From: an uncultured Clostridia bacterium | Lineage (GTDB): Bacteria > Bacillota > Clostridia > TANB77 > CAG-508 | Length of the DNA: 58,861 nucleotides | Direction of reading: 5' to 3' | NCBI GenBank assembly: GCA_934121875.1 | Contig: CAKOVG010000003.1 | Location: forward strand, 1-58,861 | In this document: positions 45,624-54,970 of the stretch, in pieces | How positions within the stretch are numbered: position 1 is the first letter of the stretch | Layout of the letters: every line of letters begins with the position of its first letter | Translations under genes and position numbers: made by a program | The notes under the pieces: generated by a model | Database searches by the model: none | Told to the model about the DNA's origin: nothing | What the model saw: the letters and a program-made list of their open reading frames with translations, nothing else

Positions 45624-48600
45624 TTAAGATTTTAAAACTCTTTTTTTGATTTCATAAGTACCTATTACTAATATTGCAATAACTGCTAATGTAATTCCTA
45701 TATTTAGTACTATTCTACCAGTTGCTACTGTTAATATTATATCTGCCTTTGACATATCGTCTTCTTGGCTAAGCATATTTCCTGGTGTTGAATCTATATC
45801 TGCTAATCCAAGTTTGTTATAGCTTTCGTAAATTTCTGCATTGTTGTTTATTATTGTTCCTATGTTTTTGTCTGTAATGCTATAACTTAATACTAATGTA
45901 AGTTCTTTGCTTTCTCCTGGTTTGATTTCTGTTTCTGCTAAACTTGCATTAAATACTGTGTTGTTTTTATCAGACTTATACCAGTTTTTATTTATTTCTG
46001 TATTGAATTTAGCGTCTGTTGGTATATAATCTACTACTTTTTTAGCATATCCTGCTACTTGTCCTTCATTTGTAATTACTATTTTGTATTCTACAACTAT
46101 ACTGCTTTTATTTATGTTTTGTTTTAATACTTCAACTTTTTCTAATTTAGATTTATTGTATTCTGTCACTCTTGTTCCAATTGTAGGAGTTGTTAATGTA
46201 ATTTTACTAATATATTTATCTAATTTTAGGTCAAATTTTTCGGCCTCATATAATCCTATATCAATATCTCTAACATTTCCATTTGAAACTGTTATTGTAT
46301 CTGAAACACCTGCTTTAGTATTTTTTCCATCTAGTATTACAGTCATATCTATTGCATCTGAATTGTAACTTTCTCCTACATTATCTTTTTGATATTCTGT
46401 AATGTTATATTTTCCTGCATCATATAGAAATACTACCAAGTATTGATCTGGTTTTATATTTGAAAATTCGTATTCACCATTATCATTTGTTGTTGTTATT
46501 TTATTTTCTCCAGATTTTATATCTTTTACTATTGCACTATTATTTTTGTATATTAACATTACTTTTACATTTGCAAGCAGTTTTTCTGACTCTTCTCTTT
46601 CACCATTTTTATTAATATCTATCCATGCTTTTCCTGTAATTTTATATGTATTTTCATATGATGGATTATCTGGATTATTTGGATTTTCTGGTAAATCTGT
46701 TCCTCCTGGTCTTAAATGATATTCTGGTACATATTCTATATAGTTTGTTACATTTTCTAAATTAGTTAGTTGTGTTTGAGTAGATTTTAATGTTGCAATG
46801 TTTACTATTTGTTTACCACTTTTTTCATTGTCTTCTAATTTTCCTATTACATTTAATGTAATATCCACTGTACTATTTCCTGGTAATGCACTTATTTTTA
46901 CATATACTTTTCCTTCTGTATCTTTATTTACTATACTTACAGCATTACTATAATCTAATCCATTTGTACTTGTAACTTTTGCTTCACCACCAATATACAT
47001 TACATTTGATGGTAAACTGTCTTCAAGCACTATGTCATTTTGTGTTCCACCTGTAGTAGTTAATTTAAATTTATATTTAAATGTTTCTTGTTCTTTTACA
47101 TATATTTTTTCTGGTTTTAATTGTTCTCCATTAATTAATGATTTTTGAACATTTATAAATCTTTCATTTGAATAGTGTTTTTCAACATCATCTGCTTCTA
47201 CATAAATTTTAGTAGAATATCTTTGATCAACACTATCTTTTAGTATAAACTCAAAGTTTAAATAACTTTCTTCCTGATTACTTATTTTAGGTAGTTCAAT
47301 AATAGCTTCGTTTGCTGTTCTTGTTACCTTGGCTTCTATTTTTGCATCTCTTTCCCAATAAGCATTTTTTATTTCAGCCCCTGTTGGTAATGGAATGTGA
47401 ACCTTTAAATTTGTCATTTCATTTTTTGGTTTAATATATATTCCATATCTAATATTAATTCCACTTGAGTAAATTACTTTTTCAAATGTATTTGTTGCAT
47501 TTGTTAATCTTTCAAATTCAGATTTGTCTATTACAAAATTTAATTTATTTGAATTAGCTGTAGCTTGTGTATTATCTGCCATTACTTCTATTTTTATTTC
47601 TTTTTCATCCCAACTATTATTTTTAGTGGTTTCTACTTTTAATTCAAACTCAATATTTTTTGTTTCTCCTGGTTCAATATTTCCTACTTCTATAATGTTT
47701 GTTGTTTCTTCATAACTTCCTAATGCTTCATCATATAAAACAACTTTAGTTTCTGTTGGTAAATTTATTTTAGCTTTAACATTTTTTGCTACTATTGTAT
47801 TGGTATTTTTTATTGTTGCAAAAAATCTTGATGTTAAATAATTACTTATATAATAAGTTTCCTTATCTTCAACTATTCCTTCACTATTTTCTACTTCAGT
47901 TGTTTTTCTATCCATATTTGTAGTTAAGTTTACTGTTAGTTGTGCACTTTCTCCTGTTAATAATTTAATAAGTCCTGCTGTTTTTGTAGTTCCAATTGTT
48001 GCTGTTGCAGTTTTATTATCAAAATATACTTTATAGCCTAAGTAACCATTGTTATTATAATCCAAGTTTGCTGGTATTTCTGCATTATAGCTAAATGAAA
48101 CTTGTGCTCCTTGTTCTAGTTCTCCTGCTATAGCAATTAAATAACTTTTTACTTGTGATAAATCTGTTGGATTTTCTAACCAATTATTTTCTGTATTTAT
48201 TAGGTCTTTGGTTGCATCTGCTTTTGTACTATAATAAATTTTATAATTTTTATTTGCTGTTACATTAATTTTACTTTTCATTATCATATCAAATGTGTTG
48301 CCAAAACTTTCTGTTGAGTCAAATTGTTTGCTTTGCGTAGATGGTATTCTTCCTAATATAAATACATTTTCTATAATGTTTTGATAATTATTTGTTATAA
48401 TTCCTTTTATTGTTGTCTCTTTTTTTTCTGTTGCAACTGGAATTCTCACTTCCTTAGTTGTTGTTTCTGAATTAGAAACTGTTGTTGTTGTAGTTGTAAA
48501 ATTGCTTATTTCATTTACAGTTGTTACTTCTTCTGGAACAACTATATCAACACCTATTGTTGTTAATCCTTTTAACATTTTATTGTTTGCTCTTAATTTT

Positions 48601-50699
48601 CTTGCTTTATTATCTGTTTGTTCAAATAATGTTGAATTTTGATTTGTGTAGTACATATTTATTGTTTCATTTTTCGTTTTTAGTACTTTATCTAATTCAA
48701 TTTCTGTGTTGATTATTATATTTGCTCCTTTGGCAATAACATTTTTTTGTTCTATATTTTCAGCTGAGAAATATTTTGTTTGTTCTCCTTCTAGTTCTAT
48801 TACAATAACCTGTTTATCATTTTTATTTTTTACTGAATAACTTTTTATTTTTAATTCTTCTTCTAGTAAAAGATTAATATCTTTTATTGTTGCCTTTTTG
48901 ATTTGTGTAGGTAATTCAATTTCTATCGTAGGATTTTTGTATAATGCACTTGTTGCATTTAATGTATTTAATACTGCTCTTATTTCAACTACATTATTTT
49001 TTGTAGCAGTACTTAAGGTTGTTTTATTTATTAATAATTCTGCTGATGATACTGGTTCTTTAAAATTTACATCTATTGATTTTGTTTCTGATGTATTTTC
49101 AGCTGTCATTTTTGCTTGTATTGATAATTTAGTAAAGTTTTGAAATTGATTTTTACTATAATCAATTTTTCCTTTTATTGCCTTTTCAACATCAATTTCG
49201 ATAGTTCCTTCTAAAATTGGTTTACTTGTTATTAATGTTATTTGGTTTGTATTTGTTTTGCTAATATCTAATACATAGTTTTCGTCTGTTACTTGTGTAT
49301 CTTTATTAATTGTGCCTATTTTTTCATTGTTAATGTTGTTATATATTTCAACGTTTCCATCTTCTCCAAGTATTTTTTGGAACATTTTTTGATTTATTTT
49401 TATTGTTTTGTTGTATGCATAATTATTTCCTGCAACTGTTGTTGCACTTTTACTGTTATTTGTACTTATAAATTTGTCAATTTCTTGTACAAATGTTAAT
49501 TTTTCTGTTAGTTCGGCATTATTTACTTGTGCCTTATAACGAACTGCATATGCAGTTTCTTTTTGCTCTTTTGCCACATTGTTTGCATATATTTGACCTT
49601 TATTTATGTATTGTACTGATAATATTGTAAAGTCTGTAATTGTTCCTTTTGTTTCATCTGCTTTTATTTCTACAGTTTTGCTTTGTGTTAGGTTATTTTC
49701 TGTTCCATATACATTTATTTTTGTGTCCACTTTAGCTGTTGTATTTATATTGTTTGCTTTTACATAATCATATATTTCTTTACTTTCAAAATTTAGGTTA
49801 ACTAAATATTCATCTTGTACATTTTTTAGCCATGATATTTGCTCTTGATTATTTGATACTGTAACTTTTATTTTTCCTGTTGTATTATCATATTGATAAT
49901 TTTGAGAATTAAAGTTCAAGCCATTTGATTCTCCGTTAGTTGCTTTTGTTTGGCTAGCAATTACATTTACATTACTTGGTTTTACTCCATTTATTTCTGG
50001 CACTTGAATATTAATTTCTGTACTTTTAACTGGTAATTTGCTATCTTCTATTCCAGTTTTTATTTTAGTTTGTAATATAACACCATATTTTTCATTTACT
50101 TTGTATGGTACATATTTAGTAAACTCTGTTTCCAAAGTGCTTTCAGCAGTTCCTTCCCATGTAAGTTTATTTGTAATTTGTTTTGCTATTTGTTTTTGTT
50201 TACCATTTGCATCGATATATTTTGCACTAAAGTTTGTAATTGTTTCCTTTGCAAAATTATCTATTGCTACTTGTTCAGAAGCTAACATACTTACTGGTAC
50301 TTCAATAGTTATGTCTGAACCATTATTAATTTTATTTAAAATTATTTTATTTTCTTTTAAATTTATGCTTTGAATGTATTCATTTTGAATTTTATCGCTT
50401 ATTTCAAAGTTAACATTTTCAAAACTGATAACTGCATTTTCTAGGTATCCTGCATTTTTGACTTTTATATTTAAAAGTAATTTGGCAGTGTTGCTAATGT
50501 TTTCAGTTTTGCTATGTAATTCTCCTTCAAAATATGAGTTAAATTCTACATTGGCATTTTGCGTTTTTGAGTTTTGGGATATAATTTCATTTTCTGATAA
50601 TGCCTGTACTACTCCATAAAATCCAATTGTAGATAAGTTTGCACTCACTAAGCATATAAGTAATAGTGTTGCTACTAATTTTTTTAATAATTTGTTCAT
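45624..50699 (-). CDS. 1,691-aa surface protein: long beta-rich N-terminal region, SdrD-B-like and DUF11-like modules, C-terminal TM anchor
   Basis: The signal peptide is MNKLLKKLVATLLLICLVSANLS. There is an SdrD-B-like module (ITGKAWIDINKNGEREE...TNDNGEYEFSNIKPDQYLVVFLYDAG). A DUF11-like module follows (VVEYKIVITNEGQVAGYAKKVVDYIP...NNNAEIYESYNKLGLADIDSTPGN...EDDMSKA). The C-terminus is DIILTVATGRIVLNIGITLAVIAILVIGTYEIKKRVLKS. Confidence 0.85.
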   Translation of the reverse strand: MNKLLKKLVATLLLICLVSANLSTIGFYGVVQALSENEIISQNSKTQNANVEFNSYFEGELHSKTENISNTAKLLLNIKVKNAGYLENAVISFENVNFEISDKIQNEYIQSINLKENKIILNKINNGSDITIEVPVSMLASEQVAIDNFAKETITNFSAKYIDANGKQKQIAKQITNKLTWEGTAESTLETEFTKYVPYKVNEKYGVILQTKIKTGIEDSKLPVKSTEINIQVPEINGVKPSNVNVIASQTKATNGESNGLNFNSQNYQYDNTTGKIKVTVSNNQEQISWLKNVQDEYLVNLNFESKEIYDYVKANNINTTAKVDTKINVYGTENNLTQSKTVEIKADETKGTITDFTILSVQYINKGQIYANNVAKEQKETAYAVRYKAQVNNAELTEKLTFVQEIDKFISTNNSKSATTVAGNNYAYNKTIKINQKMFQKILGEDGNVEIYNNINNEKIGTINKDTQVTDENYVLDISKTNTNQITLITSKPILEGTIEIDVEKAIKGKIDYSKNQFQNFTKLSIQAKMTAENTSETKSIDVNFKEPVSSAELLINKTTLSTATKNNVVEIRAVLNTLNATSALYKNPTIEIELPTQIKKATIKDINLLLEEELKIKSYSVKNKNDKQVIVIELEGEQTKYFSAENIEQKNVIAKGANIIINTEIELDKVLKTKNETINMYYTNQNSTLFEQTDNKARKLRANNKMLKGLTTIGVDIVVPEEVTTVNEISNFTTTTTTVSNSETTTKEVRIPVATEKKETTIKGIITNNYQNIIENVFILGRIPSTQSKQFDSTESFGNTFDMIMKSKINVTANKNYKIYYSTKADATKDLINTENNWLENPTDLSQVKSYLIAIAGELEQGAQVSFSYNAEIPANLDYNNNGYLGYKVYFDNKTATATIGTTKTAGLIKLLTGESAQLTVNLTTNMDRKTTEVENSEGIVEDKETYYISNYLTSRFFATIKNTNTIVAKNVKAKINLPTETKVVLYDEALGSYEETTNIIEVGNIEPGETKNIEFELKVETTKNNSWDEKEIKIEVMADNTQATANSNKLNFVIDKSEFERLTNATNTFEKVIYSSGINIRYGIYIKPKNEMTNLKVHIPLPTGAEIKNAYWERDAKIEAKVTRTANEAIIELPKISNQEESYLNFEFILKDSVDQRYSTKIYVEADDVEKHYSNERFINVQKSLINGEQLKPEKIYVKEQETFKYKFKLTTTGGTQNDIVLEDSLPSNVMYIGGEAKVTSTNGLDYSNAVSIVNKDTEGKVYVKISALPGNSTVDITLNVIGKLEDNEKSGKQIVNIATLKSTQTQLTNLENVTNYIEYVPEYHLRPGGTDLPENPNNPDNPSYENTYKITGKAWIDINKNGEREESEKLLANVKVMLIYKNNSAIVKDIKSGENKITTTNDNGEYEFSNIKPDQYLVVFLYDAGKYNITEYQKDNVGESYNSDAIDMTVILDGKNTKAGVSDTITVSNGNVRDIDIGLYEAEKFDLKLDKYISKITLTTPTIGTRVTEYNKSKLEKVEVLKQNINKSSIVVEYKIVITNEGQVAGYAKKVVDYIPTDAKFNTEINKNWYKSDKNNTVFNASLAETEIKPGESKELTLVLSYSITDKNIGTIINNNAEIYESYNKLGLADIDSTPGNMLSQEDDMSKADIILTVATGRIVLNIGITLAVIAILVIGTYEIKKRVLKS

Positions 50700-50735
50700 A
50701 GCTTCCTCCTTAATTTTTATGTTACCTCACATTTT

Positions 50736-50764
50736 ATTATACGACATTTTGACGTATTTTTCAA
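50736..50764 (-). promoter_or_regulatory. sigma-A promoter of the surface-protein operon (TTGAAA-17 nt-TATAAT)
   Basis: On the minus strand, TTGAAA (50759-50764) is followed by a 17-nt spacer and TATAAT (50736-50741). GCTAAAAACA precedes it. It lies about 37 nt upstream of the start at 50699. Confidence 0.6.
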
Positions 50765-51021
50765 TGTTTTTAGCGTTTTTATTTATTTTTTTTACTTTTT
50801 CCACCTATATTTATAATTATATACTTATATTTTATCATTTTTATGCCATTTTTCAACAATAATTTTCTTTCTATCATAGTATATATTGCTTTTTATCTTA
50901 CGGGTATTCTTAGATTATTAAAAATATTAAATTTGTATTACATTAAATTTATTCACACTTTTTTAGTTTGTCACATATAATATTATAGTTTTAAATACAT
51001 ATATTTTATTGAGGTGATTAA

Positions 51022-51180
51022 ATGGATAGTAAAATGGATATGGCTCAACTTATGAATATGCTTTCTAAAATGGATAAAAAAGAGTTAGAAGCAAATCTTA
51101 CAAAAGTTAGTAAACTGCTTAATTCTAAAGAAGCAGACAATGTTATAAACCAAATTAAAAAGAACAATAACATTAATTAG
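51022..51180 (+). CDS. small hypothetical protein (52 aa), first of a three-gene cluster
   Basis: It falls below the 60-aa cut-off of the ORF track. The ATG at 51022 has a GAGGTG RBS. The product is MDSKMDMAQLMNMLSKMDKKELEANLTKVSKLLNSKEADNVINQIKKNNNIN. The stop is TAG at 51178-51180, and the RBS of the next gene (GGAGG) follows immediately. Confidence 0.5.
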   Translation: MDSKMDMAQLMNMLSKMDKKELEANLTKVSKLLNSKEADNVINQIKKNNNIN

Positions 51181-51190
51181 GAGGTTTTTT

Positions 51191-51580
51191 ATGAGTGAAG
51201 ATATGTCAGATATTTTTAAAAAAATAAATGAAATGATTAAAAATGATGAAATTCCAGATTCTATAAAAAATATGATGAATGGTTTGAATTCTAATAATAA
51301 TGGCATGTCTTCAACTGATTCTTCTAGGGAACAAAGTGGTTCAGAAAATTCTTCTGACATTCCTAACTTTGACATGGCTACCATGTTAAAGATGAAGTCT
51401 ATAATTGATAATATTAACAAAAGTCAAAATGACCCTCGTGCTAATTTATTAAAATCTTTAAAACCATATTTAAAACCTAGTAGAAAAGATAAAGTAGATC
51501 AGTATATAAAACTTTTTAGTATGGGTAAAGCTTTTGAAGTGTTAAACCCTTTAGGTGGTGAAAAGAAAAATGATGTATAG
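51191..51580 (+). CDS. hypothetical 129-aa protein (S/N-rich centre, conserved-looking C-terminal helix region DPRANLLKSLKPYLKPSRKDKVDQYIKLF)
   Basis: It has a good RBS (TAGGAGG) and plausible coding composition. It is translationally coupled to its neighbours. I could not assign a family by eye. Confidence 0.6.
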   Translation: MSEDMSDIFKKINEMIKNDEIPDSIKNMMNGLNSNNNGMSSTDSSREQSGSENSSDIPNFDMATMLKMKSIIDNINKSQNDPRANLLKSLKPYLKPSRKDKVDQYIKLFSMGKAFEVLNPLGGEKKNDV

Positions 51581-51941
51581 TTATCCATTTTCTAGTTTTC
51601 CATATTTCAGAAGATACTCTTCCGGCTCTTCTATTTATTATAATAGACCAACCTTTCAGGCTACTCAAAAAAAATCCTCTAATTATGTTTCTAAACATAA
51701 ATTAGAGGAAAATCCAGTTACTGATAATGAACGTTCTTCTAGGACATATTCCGGTTTTAGTTTTTTAAATAACTTTTTTAATCAAAATGATAGAGACAAT
51801 AATGAAAGTTATTTTGATTTATTTGGTTTAAAGCTATACAATGATGATTTATTGCTTATTGGGCTTATTTTCTTTTTATACAAAGAAGATGTAAAGGACC
51901 AATACTTGTTTATTGCACTTATATTATTGTTATTAAGTTAG
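51570..51941 (+). CDS. hypothetical ~123-aa Y/S/F/N-rich protein with a hydrophobic C-terminus
   Basis: The ATG at 51570 has an AGGTGGTG RBS and overlaps the previous stop by 11 nt. The product is MMYSYPFSSFPYFRRYSS...DDLLLIGLIFFLYKEDVKDQYLFIALILLLLS. Its 3' end overlaps the convergent minC stop by 9 nt. Confidence 0.5.
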   Translation: MMYSYPFSSFPYFRRYSSGSSIYYNRPTFQATQKKSSNYVSKHKLEENPVTDNERSSRTYSGFSFLNNFFNQNDRDNNESYFDLFGLKLYNDDLLLIGLIFFLYKEDVKDQYLFIALILLLLS

Positions 51942-52310
51942 TATTAATTCATTTTCGTCCACATATGCGTATGTTTTTATTACTTTTTCGTCTTCTTTTT
52001 CAATTTCTTTTACAATATCCGCAATACGAATTTGTAAAGATTCAATAGAGGCTGCAGCTATTATAGCCTCTTTGTTTCCTTTTGCTCCAGCATGTGCTAC
52101 ACCTCTTAATATGCCTAGTATTACTATGTTGTCTTCTGCTAATACTTCTGCGCCTGCATTTACATCTCCTATTATTACCAAACTTCCTTCAAATTCTAGC
52201 TTTTGTCCTGATCGAAGTGAACCTTTATAAAACTTTGTTTTCGATGTTGCAATTTCCTTTTTAAAGCTTTGCTTAATTCCATGTAAACCTAATTCGTTTA
52301 ATTCTTCCAT
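51933..52310 (-). CDS. minC: short MinC (C-terminal beta-helix domain only, 125 aa)
   Basis: LRSGQKLEFEGSLVIIGDVNAGAEVLAEDNIVILGILRGVAHAGAKGNKEAIIAA is the MinC C-terminal (MinD-binding/dimerisation) domain signature. Only about 30 residues precede it, and the PBP2 stop lies 18 nt upstream, so no longer version is possible. Confidence 0.75.
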   Translation of the reverse strand: MEELNELGLHGIKQSFKKEIATSKTKFYKGSLRSGQKLEFEGSLVIIGDVNAGAEVLAEDNIVILGILRGVAHAGAKGNKEAIIAAASIESLQIRIADIVKEIEKEDEKVIKTYAYVDENELILT

Positions 52311-52328
52311 TTTAGTAATCCTTTCAAT

Positions 52329-54416
52329 TTAATTATTAACTTGTGTAGAAGGAATTGCATTAAGGTCTTCCTTCACATTTTTTGCATTCATTCCTAAATA
52401 TTCTCTTATTATAGTTTTAGCACAATCTCCAACATTTCCACCAGCTCCTGCATTTTCTATAAATACTACTACTGCAATTTCTGGGTTGTCATATGGTGCA
52501 AAACCTGCGAACCATCCATTTACCTGATTATTTATTCCTGTTTCTGCAGAGCCTGTTTTTCCGCCAATTTCCACATCTAGGTCTGAAAATACATAATATG
52601 CTGTTCCTCCAACTTCACTTGTAACTCCCTTCATTCCCTTTAATATGGCATCTAAGTTTTCTTTCTTTATATTTAAGTCGCCAACTTTTTGAATATCCTT
52701 AAGCCCTAACTTTTTATTTATGCTTTTTTCATATTCTTCTTTTTTTACTTTATTTCCATTTGCATCTATAATAGATTTTATTAAAGTAACATCTACTGCT
52801 TTTCCGCCATTTGCGAGCATACTAGTATATCTTGCTATTTGGATTGGTGTGTAATCGTTATAACTTTGTCCTATAACAGCTGATAATGTATCTCCTAGTT
52901 GCCACTTTTGTCCATATAAATCTTCACATTGTTTTTTTAGGTCAGCTATTCCTGTTGCTTCACCAGATAATTCAATTCCTGTTTTTATTCCTAGCCCATA
53001 TAATTTGGCATATTTTACTACTTCATCAATTCCCATTCTATATCCTAGTTCGTAGAAAAAGTAATTACATGATTTTTTTATTGCCTCTGTTACATTTAAA
53101 TATCCATGTCCATAGTGTCTATCTGTGTATATCCAACAAGCAGGTTTGTGACCTCTAGGATAAATACCAGTATCATTTATTGTAGTTTGTGTAGTTATTA
53201 CCTTGTTTTCTAATGCTGCTGTTGCAACTACCATTTTAAATACAGACCCTGGTGCATATGTTCCTGAAATTGCTGTATTATAACAATTTTTGTTTTTATT
53301 ATATTCATTTAATTTTGATTGACTTATTCCATTGGTAAATAGTTCTGGTTCATAGTCTGGATAACTTGCTAACGCCAAAATTTCTCCTGTTTTTACATTC
53401 ATTACAATAGCAGCTCCGGTTTTAGCATTATATTTTTTTCCATATGCTCCATTGGCTATTTTCTTTATATTCTGTGCAAGTGCTTTTTCTGTTACTTTTT
53501 GCAAGTTAGAATCAATAGTTAATACTACATTGTTTCCTGCTACTGCTTCCTGTGAAATATATTCATCTGTAATGGTTCCATCTACTGACATGTCAATTTG
53601 CCTAACTCCATCTTGTCCTTTTAAATATTCTTCTAAAGTATACTGTATTCCTGTTTTTCCTATAGTATCATTCATTCCATATTTTTCTTTATTTGCTTTA
53701 TATTCTTCTGCTGATATTGCACCAACATATCCCAAAATGTGAGATGCTAAACTACCATATGGGTATGTTACTACTGGTACTGTTACTACTGCTGTTCCTG
53801 GAAAGCTATTGCTTTGTTCTTTTATTTGATTTGCACTTAAGTAACTAATATTATTAGATATTATTACTGGTTTAATACTGCTATATCCATTTCTAGAAAT
53901 TTCATATCTAACTGTCATTATTTTTCTTGCTTTTTCTGGGTCTTTTTGTTTTATATCATACTTATTTTTAAAAAAATTAAATGACTCTTCTGCTGTTGCA
54001 TTTTCATCAATTTCATATTCCTTTTTCCATTTCTTTTGAGTTTCTTCATCCTTATCTTTAAAGGCATATGGATTAACTGTTATTGGAAGATTGTCATTAT
54101 ATTGATCTTTGTTTTTTTCTAGTAATACTATTAGGTTGTATATTGAATTATTGAAAACATCATTGTCAATTTTAGTTTTATATAATTCTAGACTAAAACC
54201 TGTTTTAGTTGTTACTAATTTATTTCCTGAGCTATCTGTTATATTTCCTCTTGCAGCTTTTACTGTCGATTCTCTAGTTAATCTGGTATTTGAAGTTTCT
54301 CTATATTCACTGCCTTTTATTACTTGCAAATTAAATAGTTGAAGCAATAAAATAATACCAACTATATATGTTATTACTATCATTATATTGTATCTCAGTT
54401 TTCTAGTTTGCTCCAA
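52329..54416 (-). CDS. mrdA: penicillin-binding protein 2 (elongation-specific class B transpeptidase)
   Basis: The 695-aa protein has an N-terminal TM segment. The SxxK (GSVFK), SxN (KSCN) and KTG (GGKTGSAE) motifs are all present. It sits directly after mreBCD. Confidence 0.9.
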   Translation of the reverse strand: MEQTRKLRYNIMIVITYIVGIILLLQLFNLQVIKGSEYRETSNTRLTRESTVKAARGNITDSSGNKLVTTKTGFSLELYKTKIDNDVFNNSIYNLIVLLEKNKDQYNDNLPITVNPYAFKDKDEETQKKWKKEYEIDENATAEESFNFFKNKYDIKQKDPEKARKIMTVRYEISRNGYSSIKPVIISNNISYLSANQIKEQSNSFPGTAVVTVPVVTYPYGSLASHILGYVGAISAEEYKANKEKYGMNDTIGKTGIQYTLEEYLKGQDGVRQIDMSVDGTITDEYISQEAVAGNNVVLTIDSNLQKVTEKALAQNIKKIANGAYGKKYNAKTGAAIVMNVKTGEILALASYPDYEPELFTNGISQSKLNEYNKNKNCYNTAISGTYAPGSVFKMVVATAALENKVITTQTTINDTGIYPRGHKPACWIYTDRHYGHGYLNVTEAIKKSCNYFFYELGYRMGIDEVVKYAKLYGLGIKTGIELSGEATGIADLKKQCEDLYGQKWQLGDTLSAVIGQSYNDYTPIQIARYTSMLANGGKAVDVTLIKSIIDANGNKVKKEEYEKSINKKLGLKDIQKVGDLNIKKENLDAILKGMKGVTSEVGGTAYYVFSDLDVEIGGKTGSAETGINNQVNGWFAGFAPYDNPEIAVVVFIENAGAGGNVGDCAKTIIREYLGMNAKNVKEDLNAIPSTQVNN

Positions 54417-54426
54417 CTTATCCTCC

Positions 54427-54960
54427 TTAATAATATCTTGATAATATTTTTTTGTCTTTAAATATTTCTTCTAGTTTATTTCCTGCATTTTGTATAATTG
54501 GATATAGTATTATTGTTATAATAATGTTAAATGTTATTTCTATTAATAATATTTTTATAAATGGTGCGAATTCAAATGCTGCACCGTATTTTAATATTTT
54601 AAATATGTAGTAACCAGTTTCATAAAAAATAGTTCCAACAGTTACTACCATCATTAACATTATTCTGCTATCTTTAGAAAAACCTTTATCTAAATATTCT
54701 GTAGCGAGTCCAATTATTGCTAAGAAAAATGCTGAGATTCCTATTGATTGCCCAATTAGAAGGTCTAAAATTATTCCAAATATAGTTCCTAGTATAAAGC
54801 CTACCTTTTTTCCTACAAACATTCCTATAAATAGTACTAGTATTATAAATAAATTTGGCATTATTCCTCCTATTGTAAACCATGTAAAAAAGTTAGTTTG
54901 TAAAAAATATATTATAAAAAATATAGCTATTAAACTTATTATCGCTATTGCTTTTTTCAT
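54427..54960 (-). CDS. mreD: rod shape-determining protein MreD
   Basis: The 177-aa protein has 5 hydrophobic segments and lies immediately downstream of mreC. Confidence 0.8.
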   Translation of the reverse strand: MKKAIAIISLIAIFFIIYFLQTNFFTWFTIGGIMPNLFIILVLFIGMFVGKKVGFILGTIFGIILDLLIGQSIGISAFFLAIIGLATEYLDKGFSKDSRIMLMMVVTVGTIFYETGYYIFKILKYGAAFEFAPFIKILLIEITFNIIITIILYPIIQNAGNKLEEIFKDKKILSRYY

Positions 54961-54970
54961 ATTTTCCCTT

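Noticed and set aside
40473-50699. Interpretation of the tandem surface proteins as a classical sortase-assembled pilus
   Set aside because: I found no LPXTG, no YPKN-type pilin motif or E-box, and no sortase gene in the window. They are therefore described as membrane-anchored surface proteins with an atypical C-terminal signature.
51085-51698. Minus-strand ORFs of 111 aa and 60 aa
   Set aside because: They are antisense to the RBS-equipped, translationally coupled plus-strand small-gene cluster.
54686-54883. 65-aa alternative-frame ORF inside mreD
   Set aside because: It is fully contained in mreD in another frame, with no independent signals.
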